A stretch of DNA of 64,000 nt from Armatimonadota bacterium (GCA_029553475.1 JAKPKV010000186.1:7808-71807); one strand, 5' to 3'. Shown: positions 9,070 to 18,762, numbered from the stretch's first letter. Numbers and translations are program-made. Notes: generated from the letters alone by a model not told the origin.

Positions 9070-9426
9070 TATGTGTAGCGGGCCGTCACGTGGTCTTTTG
9101 CCATACGCACCGTAGTGCGCGCCCGCCTGCCTGCCCCGATGGAATCGTGGGTGGCGCGCGGGGGGTGGAAGTGTCCGCGCCGTGCCCGATGTTCACGCCG
9201 CCGGGCGCGAGATCAACTGATAGTGGTTCCTTTGGCGCATGCCCAGCCCGCTCTCGCGTCGACGCTCAAGGACCGGGCGTGTCTGGCCAAATACCTGACG
9301 GGTTACATCAACGAACTCTTCGTCTTCGTGCAGCCCCCCGAGGTGCCGCACGAGAACAACCCGGCCGAGCGGGCCATCCGTCCGCTGGTCATCACCCGCA
9401 AAGTCTGCGGGGAGACATCCCCATCG
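9070..9426 (+). mobile_element. remnant of an IS66-family element: MITE/IS-like terminal motif (9070-9110) followed by a C-terminal transposase fragment (~9289-9426), internally deleted
   Basis: Translated fragment LAKYLTGYINELFVFVQPPEVPHENNPAERAIRPLVITRKV matches the IS66 TnpC C-terminal L-RYL...NN-AERAIRP-AIGRKN region, with no upstream part. The 5' motif GTGTAGCGGGCCGTCACGTGG is shared with other repeat copies in this window. Confidence 0.4.
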
Positions 9427-9735
9427 TCACGGCGTCCGGTCCAGCCGCTCCCACGTAAACGGCACGCGCGCCGTGCGGCCGGGCACCAGCAGGTAGGAAG
9501 CCCCGGTGTTGCTGTCCAGCAGGATGGTCAGCGTCTGCGCGCGGTCGGGAGACGGGAGGGTGAAGAGCTGCCAGCGCCCCTGCATGTAGGTATACACCGG
9601 CAGCGTATACGGCACGGCCGGCGCCACCTGCGGCGTGAGGGGCGTCTGTCCCTGCGCGGGGGTGAGCAGGCTGCCGCCCCATACCCCCAGCGCGAATGTC
9701 GCCAGCAAGGCGCCAACCAGATACCATCGTCGCAT
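9427..9735 (-). CDS. hypothetical small secreted protein (signal peptide)
   Basis: MRRWYLVGALLATFALGVWGGSLLTPAQG gives a signal-peptide-like N-terminus; no recognisable domain. Confidence 0.3.
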   Translation of the reverse strand: MRRWYLVGALLATFALGVWGGSLLTPAQGQTPLTPQVAPAVPYTLPVYTYMQGRWQLFTLPSPDRAQTLTILLDSNTGASYLLVPGRTARVPFTWERLDRTP

Positions 9736-9848
9736 CGCACACCTCGTGAGAGTAGAGTCGTCGCCGATATACCCGTCCGCCGCCCCCGCCGCGCGGCGCG
9801 CATGGCCAGGCTCTTGACATGCGCCGCGCGATTGGTGAGACTGTGCAC

Positions 9849-10604
9849 ATGAAGGCGCTGAACGACGATGCCCTGCGCGCGCGGCTGACCGGCCCCGTGC
9901 ACTACCATGCCGAGGTCACCTCGACGAATGATGTCGCGATGCAGTTGGCCCGGGAGGGCGCGCCGGCGGGCACGCTAGTCTGCGCCGACTTTCAACGCGC
10001 CGGCCGCGGGCGCCGCGGCGCGGCATGGACGGCTCCGGCGGGCACGTCCGTCCTCGCGTCGCTGCTGCTGCGCCCGGGGAAAACGCTGCCGGCGTCGCAC
10101 CTGGCCATTCTCACCGGCGTCGGCCTCGCCAACGGGCTGCGCGCGGAGGACATCGCGGCGCAAATCAAGTGGCCGAACGACCTGATGGTGCGCAACCGCA
10201 AGGTGGCCGGCATCCTGGTGGAGACGGCGGCCGACGCCGTGGTGGTGGGGTTTGGCATCAACTGCGCCATCCCGGAGGAGGCCTTCCCGCCGGCGCTGCG
10301 CGACCGCGCCGGCTCGCTGCACGCGCTGCTGGAGCGCGACATCAGCCGCGAGGCGATCCTCGCCGCCGCCGTCGCGGGGCTGCTGGACGCCGTCGCGCGC
10401 GTGGAAGCCGGCGGCATCATCAAGGTGCTGCTGGAGTGGAACGCTATGAACTGGCTGCGGCGCCGCGAGGTGCGCGTCACCGGCCCGCTGGGCGCGGTGG
10501 AAGGCGATGGGCTCTTCCTGGACGGCCACAAGCTGGTCTTCCACGTCTTCAAAGACGGCGGCGTGGTGCACATGCCGCTGGCCAGCACGGTGGAGGCGCG
10601 CTGA
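9849..10604 (+). CDS. birA: biotin--[acetyl-CoA-carboxylase] ligase
   Basis: ADFQRAGRGRRGAAWTAPAGTSVLASLLLRP and KWPNDLMVRNRKVAGILVE are BPL catalytic-domain signatures. The stop overlaps the rsmD start (ATGA). Confidence 0.8.
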   Translation: MKALNDDALRARLTGPVHYHAEVTSTNDVAMQLAREGAPAGTLVCADFQRAGRGRRGAAWTAPAGTSVLASLLLRPGKTLPASHLAILTGVGLANGLRAEDIAAQIKWPNDLMVRNRKVAGILVETAADAVVVGFGINCAIPEEAFPPALRDRAGSLHALLERDISREAILAAAVAGLLDAVARVEAGGIIKVLLEWNAMNWLRRREVRVTGPLGAVEGDGLFLDGHKLVFHVFKDGGVVHMPLASTVEAR

Positions 10605-11170
10605 TGCGCATCAGTGGCGGACGTTTTCGCGGGCGCATGCTGAAAACGCCGAAGGGTGACGCCACCCGCCCCACCTCGGGCGTGGTGCGCGAGACGCTCT
10701 TCAACATTCTCGCGGCGGAGCTGCCCGGCGCCCGCGTGCTCGACCTCTTCGCCGGCAGCGGCGGCGTCGCCCTGGAGGCGCTGGGCCGCGGCGCCGCCCA
10801 CGCCACGCTGGTGGAGCACGCCCGCCCCGCCCTCGCCTGCCTGAAGGCGAATATCGCCGCCCTCGCCGTCGGTGAGGCGGTGACCGTGATGCCCATCCCC
10901 GTCACCCGCGCCCTCGACGTCCTCGCCCGCCAGGACGCGCAGTTTGACCTCGTCTTCCTCGACCCCCCTTTCGCCGCCGCCGCCGCCTACCAGCAGGCGC
11001 TCGCGACCCTCGCCGGCGCCGAGTTGCTCGCGGAGGATGGCGTCATCGTCGCCCAGCACGACCGCCGCCTGCCCCTCCCCGACGCGGTGGGCGCCGTGAA
11101 GCGGGTGCGCCGGAAAGAGATCGGCGATAACGCGTTGTCTTTCTACCGGCGGGCATCTCTTGCGCGATGA
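10604..11170 (+). CDS. rsmD: 16S rRNA (guanine966-N2)-methyltransferase
   Basis: N-terminus MRISGGRFRGRMLKTPKGDATRPTSGVVRETLFNIL. The DPPF motif (LVFLDPPFAAAA) is present. Translationally coupled to birA. Confidence 0.8.
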   Translation: MRISGGRFRGRMLKTPKGDATRPTSGVVRETLFNILAAELPGARVLDLFAGSGGVALEALGRGAAHATLVEHARPALACLKANIAALAVGEAVTVMPIPVTRALDVLARQDAQFDLVFLDPPFAAAAAYQQALATLAGAELLAEDGVIVAQHDRRLPLPDAVGAVKRVRRKEIGDNALSFYRRASLAR

Positions 11171-11249
11171 GACGTGATAATGGGGATCGTGCGTGATTGT
11201 CATCACGTACCGTTGGTGATACCATTAGTGGTACGTTTGGAGGTATCAC

Positions 11250-11531
11250 ATGGTAAAAACACCCCATATCATTCCCGTCAGCGATCTTCGGCAAGATGCC
11301 GCCGGAGTCATCAAGCGCATGCGTGGTTCGAAAGAGCCTGTCATTGTCACGCAGCGTGGCCGTGCCGCGGCCGTGATGATGAGTGTCGAAGCATACGAAC
11401 GCACGGAACACGAGCGGGAACTCCTGCGCCTGCTCGCGAAAGGTGAACAGGACATCGAAGCGGGCGCGGGCTACACGCTTGCGGAAGTGATGGCGGAAGC
11501 GGACCGCTTGCTTGCGGATGACCAGCGATGA
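11250..11531 (+). CDS. type II antitoxin, Phd/YefM family
   Basis: 93 aa. N-terminus VSDLRQDAAGVIKRMRGSKEPVIVTQRGRAAAVMMSVEAYE is typical YefM. RBS GGAGG. It overlaps the downstream toxin gene by 4 nt. Confidence 0.8.
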   Translation: MVKTPHIIPVSDLRQDAAGVIKRMRGSKEPVIVTQRGRAAAVMMSVEAYERTEHERELLRLLAKGEQDIEAGAGYTLAEVMAEADRLLADDQR

Positions 11532-11821
11532 CACTCAGATTCACCCCGTCGGCAAGGGCACATTTCATCACGGCATTGGCCTACACCCACCAGGATAATC
11601 CCCGTGCGGCACAGAAATTTCGCCAGCATGCCGAAGAGGTGCTCAGCCGCCTCCAACAGTTTCCCGATTCCGGCAGGCTGATACCGGAGTTCCCTGACGT
11701 ACCCTATCGCGAAGTAGTCGTGCCGCCATATCGCTTCTTCTACCGGCGAAAGGACGACACCATTTGGGTTGTCGCCGTGTGGCATGGCGCCCAATTGCCG
11801 ACAATTCCGGACGCGCACTGA
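11528..11821 (+). CDS. type II toxin, RelE/ParE family
   Basis: 97 aa. C-terminus YRFFYRRKDDTIWVVAVWHGAQ (RelE/ParE fold). ATGA overlap with the antitoxin gene. Confidence 0.75.
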   Translation: MTLRFTPSARAHFITALAYTHQDNPRAAQKFRQHAEEVLSRLQQFPDSGRLIPEFPDVPYREVVVPPYRFFYRRKDDTIWVVAVWHGAQLPTIPDAH

Positions 11822-11870
11822 TCCATGCGCTCCGGTTTACCTCTCGCCATCGTACCAGCCCACTGCCGCT

Positions 11871-12230
11871 TTACTCCCCCACCGTGCGCCGGTCCGCGCT
11901 GTCAAACGCGATGGCGAGCATGGCGGTGTCGTCGCCGATATTGCGGGCGTTGTGGTTCAGGTTGGGCGGCACGGTGATGACATCGCCGGCGGACATCACC
12001 ACCTCCTCGTCGCCGTAGGAGTGGACAATCGTGCCCCGCAGCACGTGCAGCACTTCGCTGCAGTTCGGATGGTGGTGCCGGGGATTCGCCTGACCGGGTT
12101 TGATCTCGCAGATGCCCACGGTCATGCTGGCGGAGTTCCCCAGCGCCGCCGACGCCTTCCACACCAGGCGTCCCCATGCCATCTCCTGGACCTGCGCCTC
12201 CGCGGCGGGCAACAGCGTGATCGCCTTCAT
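11871..12230 (-). CDS. cupin domain protein
   Basis: 119 aa with the cupin_2 pattern PGQANPRHHHPNCSEVLHVLRGT...GDVITVPPNLNHNARN. Last gene of a minus-strand operon with a 4-nt overlap upstream. Confidence 0.6.
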   Translation of the reverse strand: MKAITLLPAAEAQVQEMAWGRLVWKASAALGNSASMTVGICEIKPGQANPRHHHPNCSEVLHVLRGTIVHSYGDEEVVMSAGDVITVPPNLNHNARNIGDDTAMLAIAFDSADRRTVGE

Positions 12231-13231
12231 GCTGGCTCCTTTCGCGCGCCGGCGCGCAACGGCTCATACGCCACGTCCACGGCCTCGCCGCGCGCGGCGG
12301 AGGCGAGGATGGCCTCGTAGAGCACCATCGTCTTATAACTCTCGTAGATATTCGATCGCGTGGTGCGCCCCTCGCGCAGCGCGGCGAGAAAATCCACGAT
12401 CTCCGCCAGGTGCCCGGTATCGTTGCCGCTGTCACCCGCGCTGGTGAAGGTCGGCGGTTCGCGCCACTCGGTGCATACGCCGCCTTCCGTCACCCGCCAA
12501 GACGAGGAGTTATGCACCGTCATAAAATTGCCGCCGCGCGCGGTGATCTCCACCTCTTCCGTGGGAATGCTGAATGAGCGGCCATCAGCGAAGGTGAACG
12601 ACCCGACGGCCCCGTTGCGGAACCGCAGGCTGACGGCATACGCGTCAGGCCCTTTATCAAAGGCGAAGACCCGCGCCGCGTCGCCGAACAGATACCCCGC
12701 CAGGTCAATGACATGCAGGCAGAAGTCGAAGAGAAACGAACCGCGCAGCGTATCATTGGGGTATTGCGCCGCGCAATAATCGAAGGAAATGGCGTACAGG
12801 TCATCGGCCGGGAACCGGTCAATCCACGCCTTCGCGCGCGCATAGGCGGCGGCGTAGCGTTTCTTGAAGGCGGTCGTGCAGAGCACCCCGGTTTCTTCCG
12901 ACACCCGGGCGACGGCCAGCGCGGCGGCGGCGGACGGCGCCGGCGGCTTTTCCGTATAGACGGGAATGCCGCGGCGCATGGCCGCCTGCGCGAGCGTCGC
13001 GTGGCGATCCATGTCAATGCAGATGATGACGCCATCAGGCTTCTCGGCATCGAGCATCGTCTCCATCTCCTGGTAGACGGCGCCGCCGAAACGCCGGGCA
13101 TTGCGCTCGGCCTTCTCCCGGTCCAGGTCGCACACGCCGACCAACTCGGCGCCGGCCAGGCCGATGTAGGGATAAATGCGGCGGGAAGACAGGTTTCCCG
13201 CGCCGACGATGCAAAGCCGTGGATCAGACAT
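12227..13231 (-). CDS. Gfo/Idh/MocA family oxidoreductase
   Basis: N-terminal Rossmann CIVGAGNLSSRRIYPYIG; central EKP motif (VYTEKPPA). Confidence 0.75.
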   Translation of the reverse strand: MSDPRLCIVGAGNLSSRRIYPYIGLAGAELVGVCDLDREKAERNARRFGGAVYQEMETMLDAEKPDGVIICIDMDRHATLAQAAMRRGIPVYTEKPPAPSAAAALAVARVSEETGVLCTTAFKKRYAAAYARAKAWIDRFPADDLYAISFDYCAAQYPNDTLRGSFLFDFCLHVIDLAGYLFGDAARVFAFDKGPDAYAVSLRFRNGAVGSFTFADGRSFSIPTEEVEITARGGNFMTVHNSSSWRVTEGGVCTEWREPPTFTSAGDSGNDTGHLAEIVDFLAALREGRTTRSNIYESYKTMVLYEAILASAARGEAVDVAYEPLRAGARKEPA

Positions 13232-13997
13232 ACCCGGCCTCCTCCAGCAACCGCTCCGAAAACACACGTGCCGCACCGAGCCAGTGCAGCGTCTGCTCGA
13301 TGCCGGCGCCCTCCACTTCCATCTCGACGACGAATTCCCCGTCATAGCCGATGGCCTTCAGGCGGGCAAACAGGCCCCGCAGATCGAGCTCCCCTTCGCC
13401 GAACGGCACTTCCTTGCCGGCTTTCATGTCGCGAAAATGCACGAGTCCGATGGTGCTGCGGGCGCTGAGCAAGTCAAAACCATCCTCCCAGCGCTCCCCG
13501 GCGCGCACGAACTGCCCCACCTCCAGCAGCGTCTGCATGCGCGGGTCGTTGATGCCCGCCAGCACTTCACGAAAATCATCGCTGGTGGAAATCGGCGTGC
13601 CGTGGTGATTCTGCAGGACGGGTATCACCCCCCACCCATCAATGGCCTCCAGATACTGCGGCGCGGCCGCGATATACGTCGGCCGGCTCGTGGCTTTGAA
13701 CAGCACCCGTGTGACGCCCAGCGCCCGCGCGAAACGGGTCGCCGCGATCGCCCGGTGGAGCGTGGCGTCCAGCTCGCGCGCATCCACCGGCGGCAGGTGC
13801 ATGGAGCAGAAGGCGAAGCCGTACCGGTCGCCCAGCGCCCGGTAGGCCGCCGGGTCGTGATCGAGCGAGACGGCAGAGGCGGCCCAACTGGTGAACACCT
13901 CGAACTTGCGATACCCCAGCGCGGCATACCGCCGCAGCGCCTCCTCCAGGGGAAGCGTCGGGGTGCTGCAGGGACTGACCACCAGGCGATCGGTCAT
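13224..13997 (-). CDS. sugar phosphate isomerase/epimerase (xylose-isomerase-like TIM barrel)
   Basis: Pattern LGYRKFEVFTSW ... GVIPVLQNHHGT ... DGEFVVEME is characteristic of AP-endonuclease-2 / xylose-isomerase-like TIM proteins. Confidence 0.65.
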   Translation of the reverse strand: MTDRLVVSPCSTPTLPLEEALRRYAALGYRKFEVFTSWAASAVSLDHDPAAYRALGDRYGFAFCSMHLPPVDARELDATLHRAIAATRFARALGVTRVLFKATSRPTYIAAAPQYLEAIDGWGVIPVLQNHHGTPISTSDDFREVLAGINDPRMQTLLEVGQFVRAGERWEDGFDLLSARSTIGLVHFRDMKAGKEVPFGEGELDLRGLFARLKAIGYDGEFVVEMEVEGAGIEQTLHWLGAARVFSERLLEEAGYV

Positions 13998-14016
13998 GTA
14001 CGGCTCCATCCCCACC

Positions 14017-14568
14017 CTACTGCGGCGGCGAAAAGATCGCGAGATACGTCACGCGCTCGGTGAGCGGGGTGAGATCATGCGTGTCGAGCGCGTTGAAATA
14101 CAGGCTGTCGCCGGGGCGCAGATGGTACGTTTGGTCGCCCACGCGATACGCCATCTCGCCCTCCAGCACATAGACGAACTCATCGCCGGCATGCGTGAGA
14201 CCGTGCGGCGTCACCTGTCCCCGCCTGGCGGTGATGAGAAATGGCTGCATCGTCTTGTCCGTGCGCCCGGCCGCGAAGGCATAATACGCATAGCCCTTAT
14301 CCGTCCGCGGCCAATCCGCCGCGTGGAGCGCCTCGGCGGGGGTATACACGGTGGCGGCCGTCTCCTCCTCATCCAGCAACGCCGACGCCGTCACCCCGAG
14401 GGCGCGGGCGATCTTCGTCAACATGGCCAGCGTTGGCTGGCATTTGCCCGCTTCGATTTTGGACACCAACCCCTTGGTACAGCCGCACGCCTCGGCAATC
14501 TGCTGCTGCGTGCGCTGTTGCTGGCGGCGTATCGTGCGTATGCGCAAACCGAGGATACTCATCGGCAT
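14017..14568 (-). CDS. XRE-family transcriptional regulator with C-terminal cupin domain
   Basis: HTH LRIRTIRRQQQRTQQQIAEACGCTKGLVSKIEAGKCQPTLAMLTKIARALGV plus cupin HAGDEFVYVLEGEMAYRVGDQTYHLRPGDSLYF. First gene of the 14568-11871 minus-strand cluster. Confidence 0.75.
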   Translation of the reverse strand: MPMSILGLRIRTIRRQQQRTQQQIAEACGCTKGLVSKIEAGKCQPTLAMLTKIARALGVTASALLDEEETAATVYTPAEALHAADWPRTDKGYAYYAFAAGRTDKTMQPFLITARRGQVTPHGLTHAGDEFVYVLEGEMAYRVGDQTYHLRPGDSLYFNALDTHDLTPLTERVTYLAIFSPPQ

Positions 14569-14667
14569 TTCAACCTCGTTGAATTATATGCTACACCGTT
14601 GAAGCCGTCAAATCATCGCCGGCGTGCTGCATCAGCGAAAGCCTTCGGAACCGCTTGAACGTTTATC

Positions 14668-14900
14668 GCGGCACATAGTATCATGGCATGTAGTTGTACT
14701 GGGCCGTCACGTTGCACCTTGCTCTGTAGTCCGCGCCCTCCGCGGCGCGTGGTGACGCATTTTTACCCCGTGCCCGATGACGGTGGTGTCGGACACAGGT
14801 GCGCATGTCGGTCACACGCGCCGCGGAGGGCGCGGACTACCCCGGGCTGGTTTGCTACACAGAGTACACCGTGACAACCCGCGGCACGTAGTATCATGGT
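14668..14900. repeat. MITE-like palindromic repeat element (copy A)
   Basis: Flanked by near-identical direct repeats CGCGGCAC(A/G)TAGTATCATGG at 14668-14690 and 14879-14900. Internal 25-bp inverted repeat TAGTCCGCGCCCTCCGCGGCGCG / CGCGCCGCGGAGGGCGCGGACTA. Terminal motifs GTACTGGGCCGTCACGTTGCACCTTGC and GTGACAACCCGCGGCAC are shared with copies at ~9075, 18140 and 45313. Confidence 0.5.
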
Positions 14901-14933
14901 CCGGCAGCACGATGGGGAATGGAGGAGTACGCC

Positions 14934-16004
14934 ATGACGTTTGTCGCTGAACCGGCCGCGGACGGCCCGCAGGCACGCCCCACCCTTGGCGCTATCCGCT
15001 GGGATGCCTGGAGCGGCGGCGGGGTTACCCGGCAAGTCGAGCGCACCCTCGCGCCCGCGAAATACCATGCGCGATTGCCCTGGTTTGCCGAGGTGTCAGG
15101 TGACGGCAGCGTGCGTATTGATAGCAACCGGCAGGAGATCATGGACCGGGAGATCGCGTATGCCGCCGATGCCGGCCTGGACTACTGGGCCTTCCTGCTC
15201 TACCCGGATGGGACCGACATGAGCGAGGCGCTGCGCCGGTATCGTGCCAGCCGCCTGCGCCGCCGGCTGAATTACTGCGTGATCCTGCACAACGCCTTCG
15301 GGGTGCAGGACGAGGCATGGCCGCGGGAGCGCGACCGCGCGGTGGCGCTGCTGCGCGAGCCGGGATATCAGCGCGTGTGCGGGGGCCGTCCGCTGGTGTA
15401 TGCCTTCGCGGTGCGCCATCACGGCGCCTTTCCGGCGGCGCGTTTCACCGAGTTCCGCCAGGCCGCGCGCGCAACGGGCGTTGATCCCTATTGCGTCTCC
15501 ATGGGCTGGAGCCCGGCGGACGAGTATGCACGGGCCGCCCCGTTGGGTTTCGACGCAGTCTCGCACTACGCCTGCGGCAGCGACGATGCCACGTTTACGG
15601 CGTTGTGCCGGCGTGTCGAAACCGGCTTCTGGGGGCAGGCGGCGGATGCGCGCGTTCCCTATGTTCCGCTGGTTACCACCGGTTGGGAGAAGAATCCGCG
15701 CAAGGATCACCCGGTCTCCTGGGAGTTGGACCACGATTATCACCAGCAGGCCGTCTTTCCCTCGATTGCCGCGCCGGCGGAGATTGTCGCCCACCTCGGC
15801 CGCGCTTGCGCCTTCGTGAACCACCATGCCGACCTGTGCCCCGCCGACACGGTCATCGCCTACGCGTGGAACGAGCATGACGAAGGCGGCTGGCTGTGCC
15901 CGACCTGGACGCCGGAGGGGACGCCGAACACCGAGCGCCTGGACGCCATTCGCGCGCTGCTGGGAAACGGCGACGGCCGGCGGCGGACGGCGCGCGTGCC
16001 GTGA
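14934..16004 (+). CDS. hypothetical protein, possibly a TIM-barrel glycoside-hydrolase-like enzyme
   Basis: AIRWDAWSGG ... LVTTGWEKNPRKDHP ... AYAWNEHDEGGWLCP is reminiscent of GH-like families, but I cannot assign a family. GGAGGA lies 7 nt before the ATG at 14934. Confidence 0.4.
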   Translation: MTFVAEPAADGPQARPTLGAIRWDAWSGGGVTRQVERTLAPAKYHARLPWFAEVSGDGSVRIDSNRQEIMDREIAYAADAGLDYWAFLLYPDGTDMSEALRRYRASRLRRRLNYCVILHNAFGVQDEAWPRERDRAVALLREPGYQRVCGGRPLVYAFAVRHHGAFPAARFTEFRQAARATGVDPYCVSMGWSPADEYARAAPLGFDAVSHYACGSDDATFTALCRRVETGFWGQAADARVPYVPLVTTGWEKNPRKDHPVSWELDHDYHQQAVFPSIAAPAEIVAHLGRACAFVNHHADLCPADTVIAYAWNEHDEGGWLCPTWTPEGTPNTERLDAIRALLGNGDGRRRTARVP

Positions 16005-16005
16005 A

Positions 16006-18120
16006 TCACCGCGCCACCCACCCCGTTGGCAGGGTGATCGTATCCCGCGGTATCACCAGTTGCGAGAGATCCCAGTTGTCGGTATGGAAGGGATAGATGG
16101 GCAGGTTTTCGCGGTTATACAGGTTGCACACCGGGTTCGTGGCCCAGGCGTAGCGCACCGCGACCGGCGCCGGCACCTTGTCGGACCAGACGACCACCTC
16201 CTCCCCTTCGATGGTCGCCCGCGCGAAGTAAAACGCCCGGTCGGCGCCGGCGATCGCGAACCCGACGGGCGGATCGCCTTTGGCATGCAGGCCGTCGGCG
16301 TAATCGAAACGCAGGCGGATGCGCTGCCCCTCACGCTTCATGGACCGGTAGACCGGACCGAAGAACAGCCCTTTGTGCCCGTACGCCGTCGCCAGCGCGC
16401 CCAGCGCCAGCCGCCGTCCCACCTCCTGCTTGTTCTTGGGATGGATGTTGTCTCCCTCGCCGATATCCATCGCCGTCGCCAAAAAAGTGCCCGGCACGCG
16501 GAGCGCCATCGCCTGCGCTTCGCGGAGATTGATGTACCCCCCGCGGTCCACCGGCGCCGTCTGCTGCGCGTGATAGCTGGCCAACTGCACGATGCCGAAG
16601 GGGAACTCGCCCTGCCCCCATTCCTTCCGCCAGGAGGTAATCAGCCCCGGCAGTAGCTCGCGGTAGTCGGTATAAAAGGGCGCGTTCGCCTCGCCCTGAT
16701 ACCAGATCGCGCCGCGAATGGCGTAGGGGATGAGCGGGTGGATGAGCCCATGATACATCACCGCCGGATGCCCGTACGCGCTGCCGGGCGCTGCCGTGCC
16801 GATCGGCGGCAGTTGCGGCTGCGCGCCGGCGTCCAGGTCCTGCGCCTTCCGCATGCGCCATGCGCCCGCCAGCCACACCGCCTCTCCCTCCGGCGCGCCC
16901 TTCCGCACCAGCTTCATCTCCGCCGCCGGCCCGAAAAGGCCCATGTGGTAGATCAGCTTGAGCAGGCGCACGGACAGCGTCACCGTGGTGGAGGTCACCG
17001 CCGACGCCGGCACCGGATAGACGCGCGAGATGGACCAATATTCCCGTGTGTCGAACCAGGTGCGCCCAACGCGGATGCCGTTCACATAGCTGTCATCTAC
17101 CGCGTCCACCACGCCCAGGTGCAGCTCCAGCTCCTGGCCCACCCACGCCGGCGGGATGGTGACCTCCCGGCGGAACCAGATGGAGGCCACCGGCGCGCCA
17201 ATGGGATTGTCCGCCACGGACACCGGCAGCGCAACCGCTTCCCACTGCTCCGTCGCCAGCCCCGGCGCCATCCACCGCCCCGTGATGCCGGGGTCCTCGG
17301 CGTCAAGCTGCGCGAACCACGCCTGCTCGCGCGCCGCGACCCGCGCCGTCATCGCCTCCAGCGCTTGCGGATACCCGTTCGGGTCCGTCAGATAGGCCTG
17401 CACCGCTTCTTCGTATGCCGCTGCCCGCGCGCGGTAGCGCGGCACCGCTTTCAAACCGGGCAGGCTGGTCCACGCCTCTATCGCCGACGCGCCGTAGGCG
17501 GCAACGAGAATCCCCACCGGCACGCCCAGCCGGGCGTGCAGGTCGCGCGCGAAAAAGTAGCCCACCCCCGACCAGTTCTTCGCCGTGTCCGGCGTGCAGA
17601 CGTCCCACGACCCCAGGCAGCGCGTCTGCGGCGCCAGCGCGAAGCGGTGCTCTTTCGGCGCAATGCGGTAGTCGCCATCCTGTCCCGCGGCGTAGCGGGC
17701 GGTGAAGGCGCGGATGGCCGGATATCGCGCTGTCGCGGCCTCCGCCGCGCCATCGTTCGACAGCCGCACCGGCCAGTCCATATTTGACTGCCCGCCGCAT
17801 AACCACACCTCGCCGACGAGCACGTCCGTGAAGGTGAGGGTGTTCGCCGCGCCGGCGATCGTCAGCTCGCGCGGCTCGGCGCTGGGTTTCATCGCCTGCA
17901 ACCGCACCCGCCATGCGCCGTCGGGGCCCGCCGTCGTCCGCGCCGTCTGCCCGGCGAAGGCCACCGTCACCGCCTCGCCCGGCGCCGCCGTGCCCCACAC
18001 CGGCACCGCGCACTCGCGCTGCAGCACCATGTGGTCCCCGAAGACGCACGCCGCCTGTACCGCCGCCCGCGCCCCACCGAAGAGGAGCATGGCCATCATG
18101 CCTGTGAAAAGAAGACGCAT
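16006..18120 (-). CDS. sialate O-acetylesterase family protein (SASA / DUF303, SGNH-like) with signal peptide
   Basis: 704 aa. Signal peptide, then GEVWLCGGQSNMDWP motif and tandem esterase and beta-sandwich regions typical of 9-O-acetylesterases. Confidence 0.75.
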   Translation of the reverse strand: MRLLFTGMMAMLLFGGARAAVQAACVFGDHMVLQRECAVPVWGTAAPGEAVTVAFAGQTARTTAGPDGAWRVRLQAMKPSAEPRELTIAGAANTLTFTDVLVGEVWLCGGQSNMDWPVRLSNDGAAEAATARYPAIRAFTARYAAGQDGDYRIAPKEHRFALAPQTRCLGSWDVCTPDTAKNWSGVGYFFARDLHARLGVPVGILVAAYGASAIEAWTSLPGLKAVPRYRARAAAYEEAVQAYLTDPNGYPQALEAMTARVAAREQAWFAQLDAEDPGITGRWMAPGLATEQWEAVALPVSVADNPIGAPVASIWFRREVTIPPAWVGQELELHLGVVDAVDDSYVNGIRVGRTWFDTREYWSISRVYPVPASAVTSTTVTLSVRLLKLIYHMGLFGPAAEMKLVRKGAPEGEAVWLAGAWRMRKAQDLDAGAQPQLPPIGTAAPGSAYGHPAVMYHGLIHPLIPYAIRGAIWYQGEANAPFYTDYRELLPGLITSWRKEWGQGEFPFGIVQLASYHAQQTAPVDRGGYINLREAQAMALRVPGTFLATAMDIGEGDNIHPKNKQEVGRRLALGALATAYGHKGLFFGPVYRSMKREGQRIRLRFDYADGLHAKGDPPVGFAIAGADRAFYFARATIEGEEVVVWSDKVPAPVAVRYAWATNPVCNLYNRENLPIYPFHTDNWDLSQLVIPRDTITLPTGWVAR

Positions 18121-18139
18121 CGCCAGTTCTCCTACTACT

Positions 18140-18470
18140 CTGCGTGTACTGGATCGTCACGTTGCACCTTGCCGCGTCCATCGTCGGGAACGCCGTCCCT
18201 GGCGTTCCGGTGCGCATTCTGTCGAGCCGCTCTCGGTCACCAGCAGACTCGCGCCCGCATCGGCCCACCCCTGCGGCGACCCGGAACGCCACGGAGGGCA
18301 TTCCCGACAATTAGGGGTTGGGGATGAGGGATTGGGCGCGCGCTACAGGCGGTTATCCTGATACGCACACGACAACGTAACGACCCCCTAACCCCTAATC
18401 CCCAACCCCTCACCCCGACCAGCGGTCGGTGCGCAGAGCACGAGACAGCGTGACAACCCGCTGCACTCTG
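18140..18470. repeat. MITE-like palindromic repeat element (copy B, larger) with internal G-rich/C-rich inverted repeats
   Basis: 5' end GTGTACTGGATCGTCACGTTGCACCTTGC and 3' end CAGCGTGACAACCCGCTGCAC match copy A termini. Internal TTAGGGGTTGGGGATGAGGGATTGGG is inverted as CCCCTAACCCCTAATCCCCAACCCCTCACCCC. Confidence 0.45.
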
Positions 18471-18547
18471 CGCACTATACCACAAATTCATGCGCATGCG
18501 CGAGGGGTGAAAAAGGAAACCGCCTCCCTTTCCGCGAAATGCAGTCA

Positions 18548-18748
18548 GCACGTTGATGGGTAACCGTTCAGTCTTGTCAGCATGATGTGGCGTCTGCCCG
18601 CCCACCTCTCCCCCCGCCCCTCCCCTGAGCGGGGAGGGGAGCACCGGATCTGCACACCCATCACTCCCCCTTCCCTCGCAGGGAAGGGGGATGGGGGGTG
18701 AGGTTTGGCATCAATCGGCGACATGCTGATAAGACTGAACGGTTACGT
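18548..18748. repeat. second-family MITE-like element with ~25-bp terminal inverted repeats, enclosing GC-rich hairpins, directly upstream of the next gene
   Basis: Left end CGTTGATGGGTAACCGTTCAGTCTTGTCAGCATG and right end CATGCTGATAAGACTGAACGGTTACGTTGATGG are reverse complements. The interior contains CCTCTCCCCCCGCCCCTCCCCTGAGCGGGGAGGGGAG, a solo copy of the 36945 hairpin repeat, and CCCCCTTCCCTCGCAGGGAAGGGGG. Confidence 0.4.
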
Positions 18749-18762
18749 TGATGGAGTTCACC

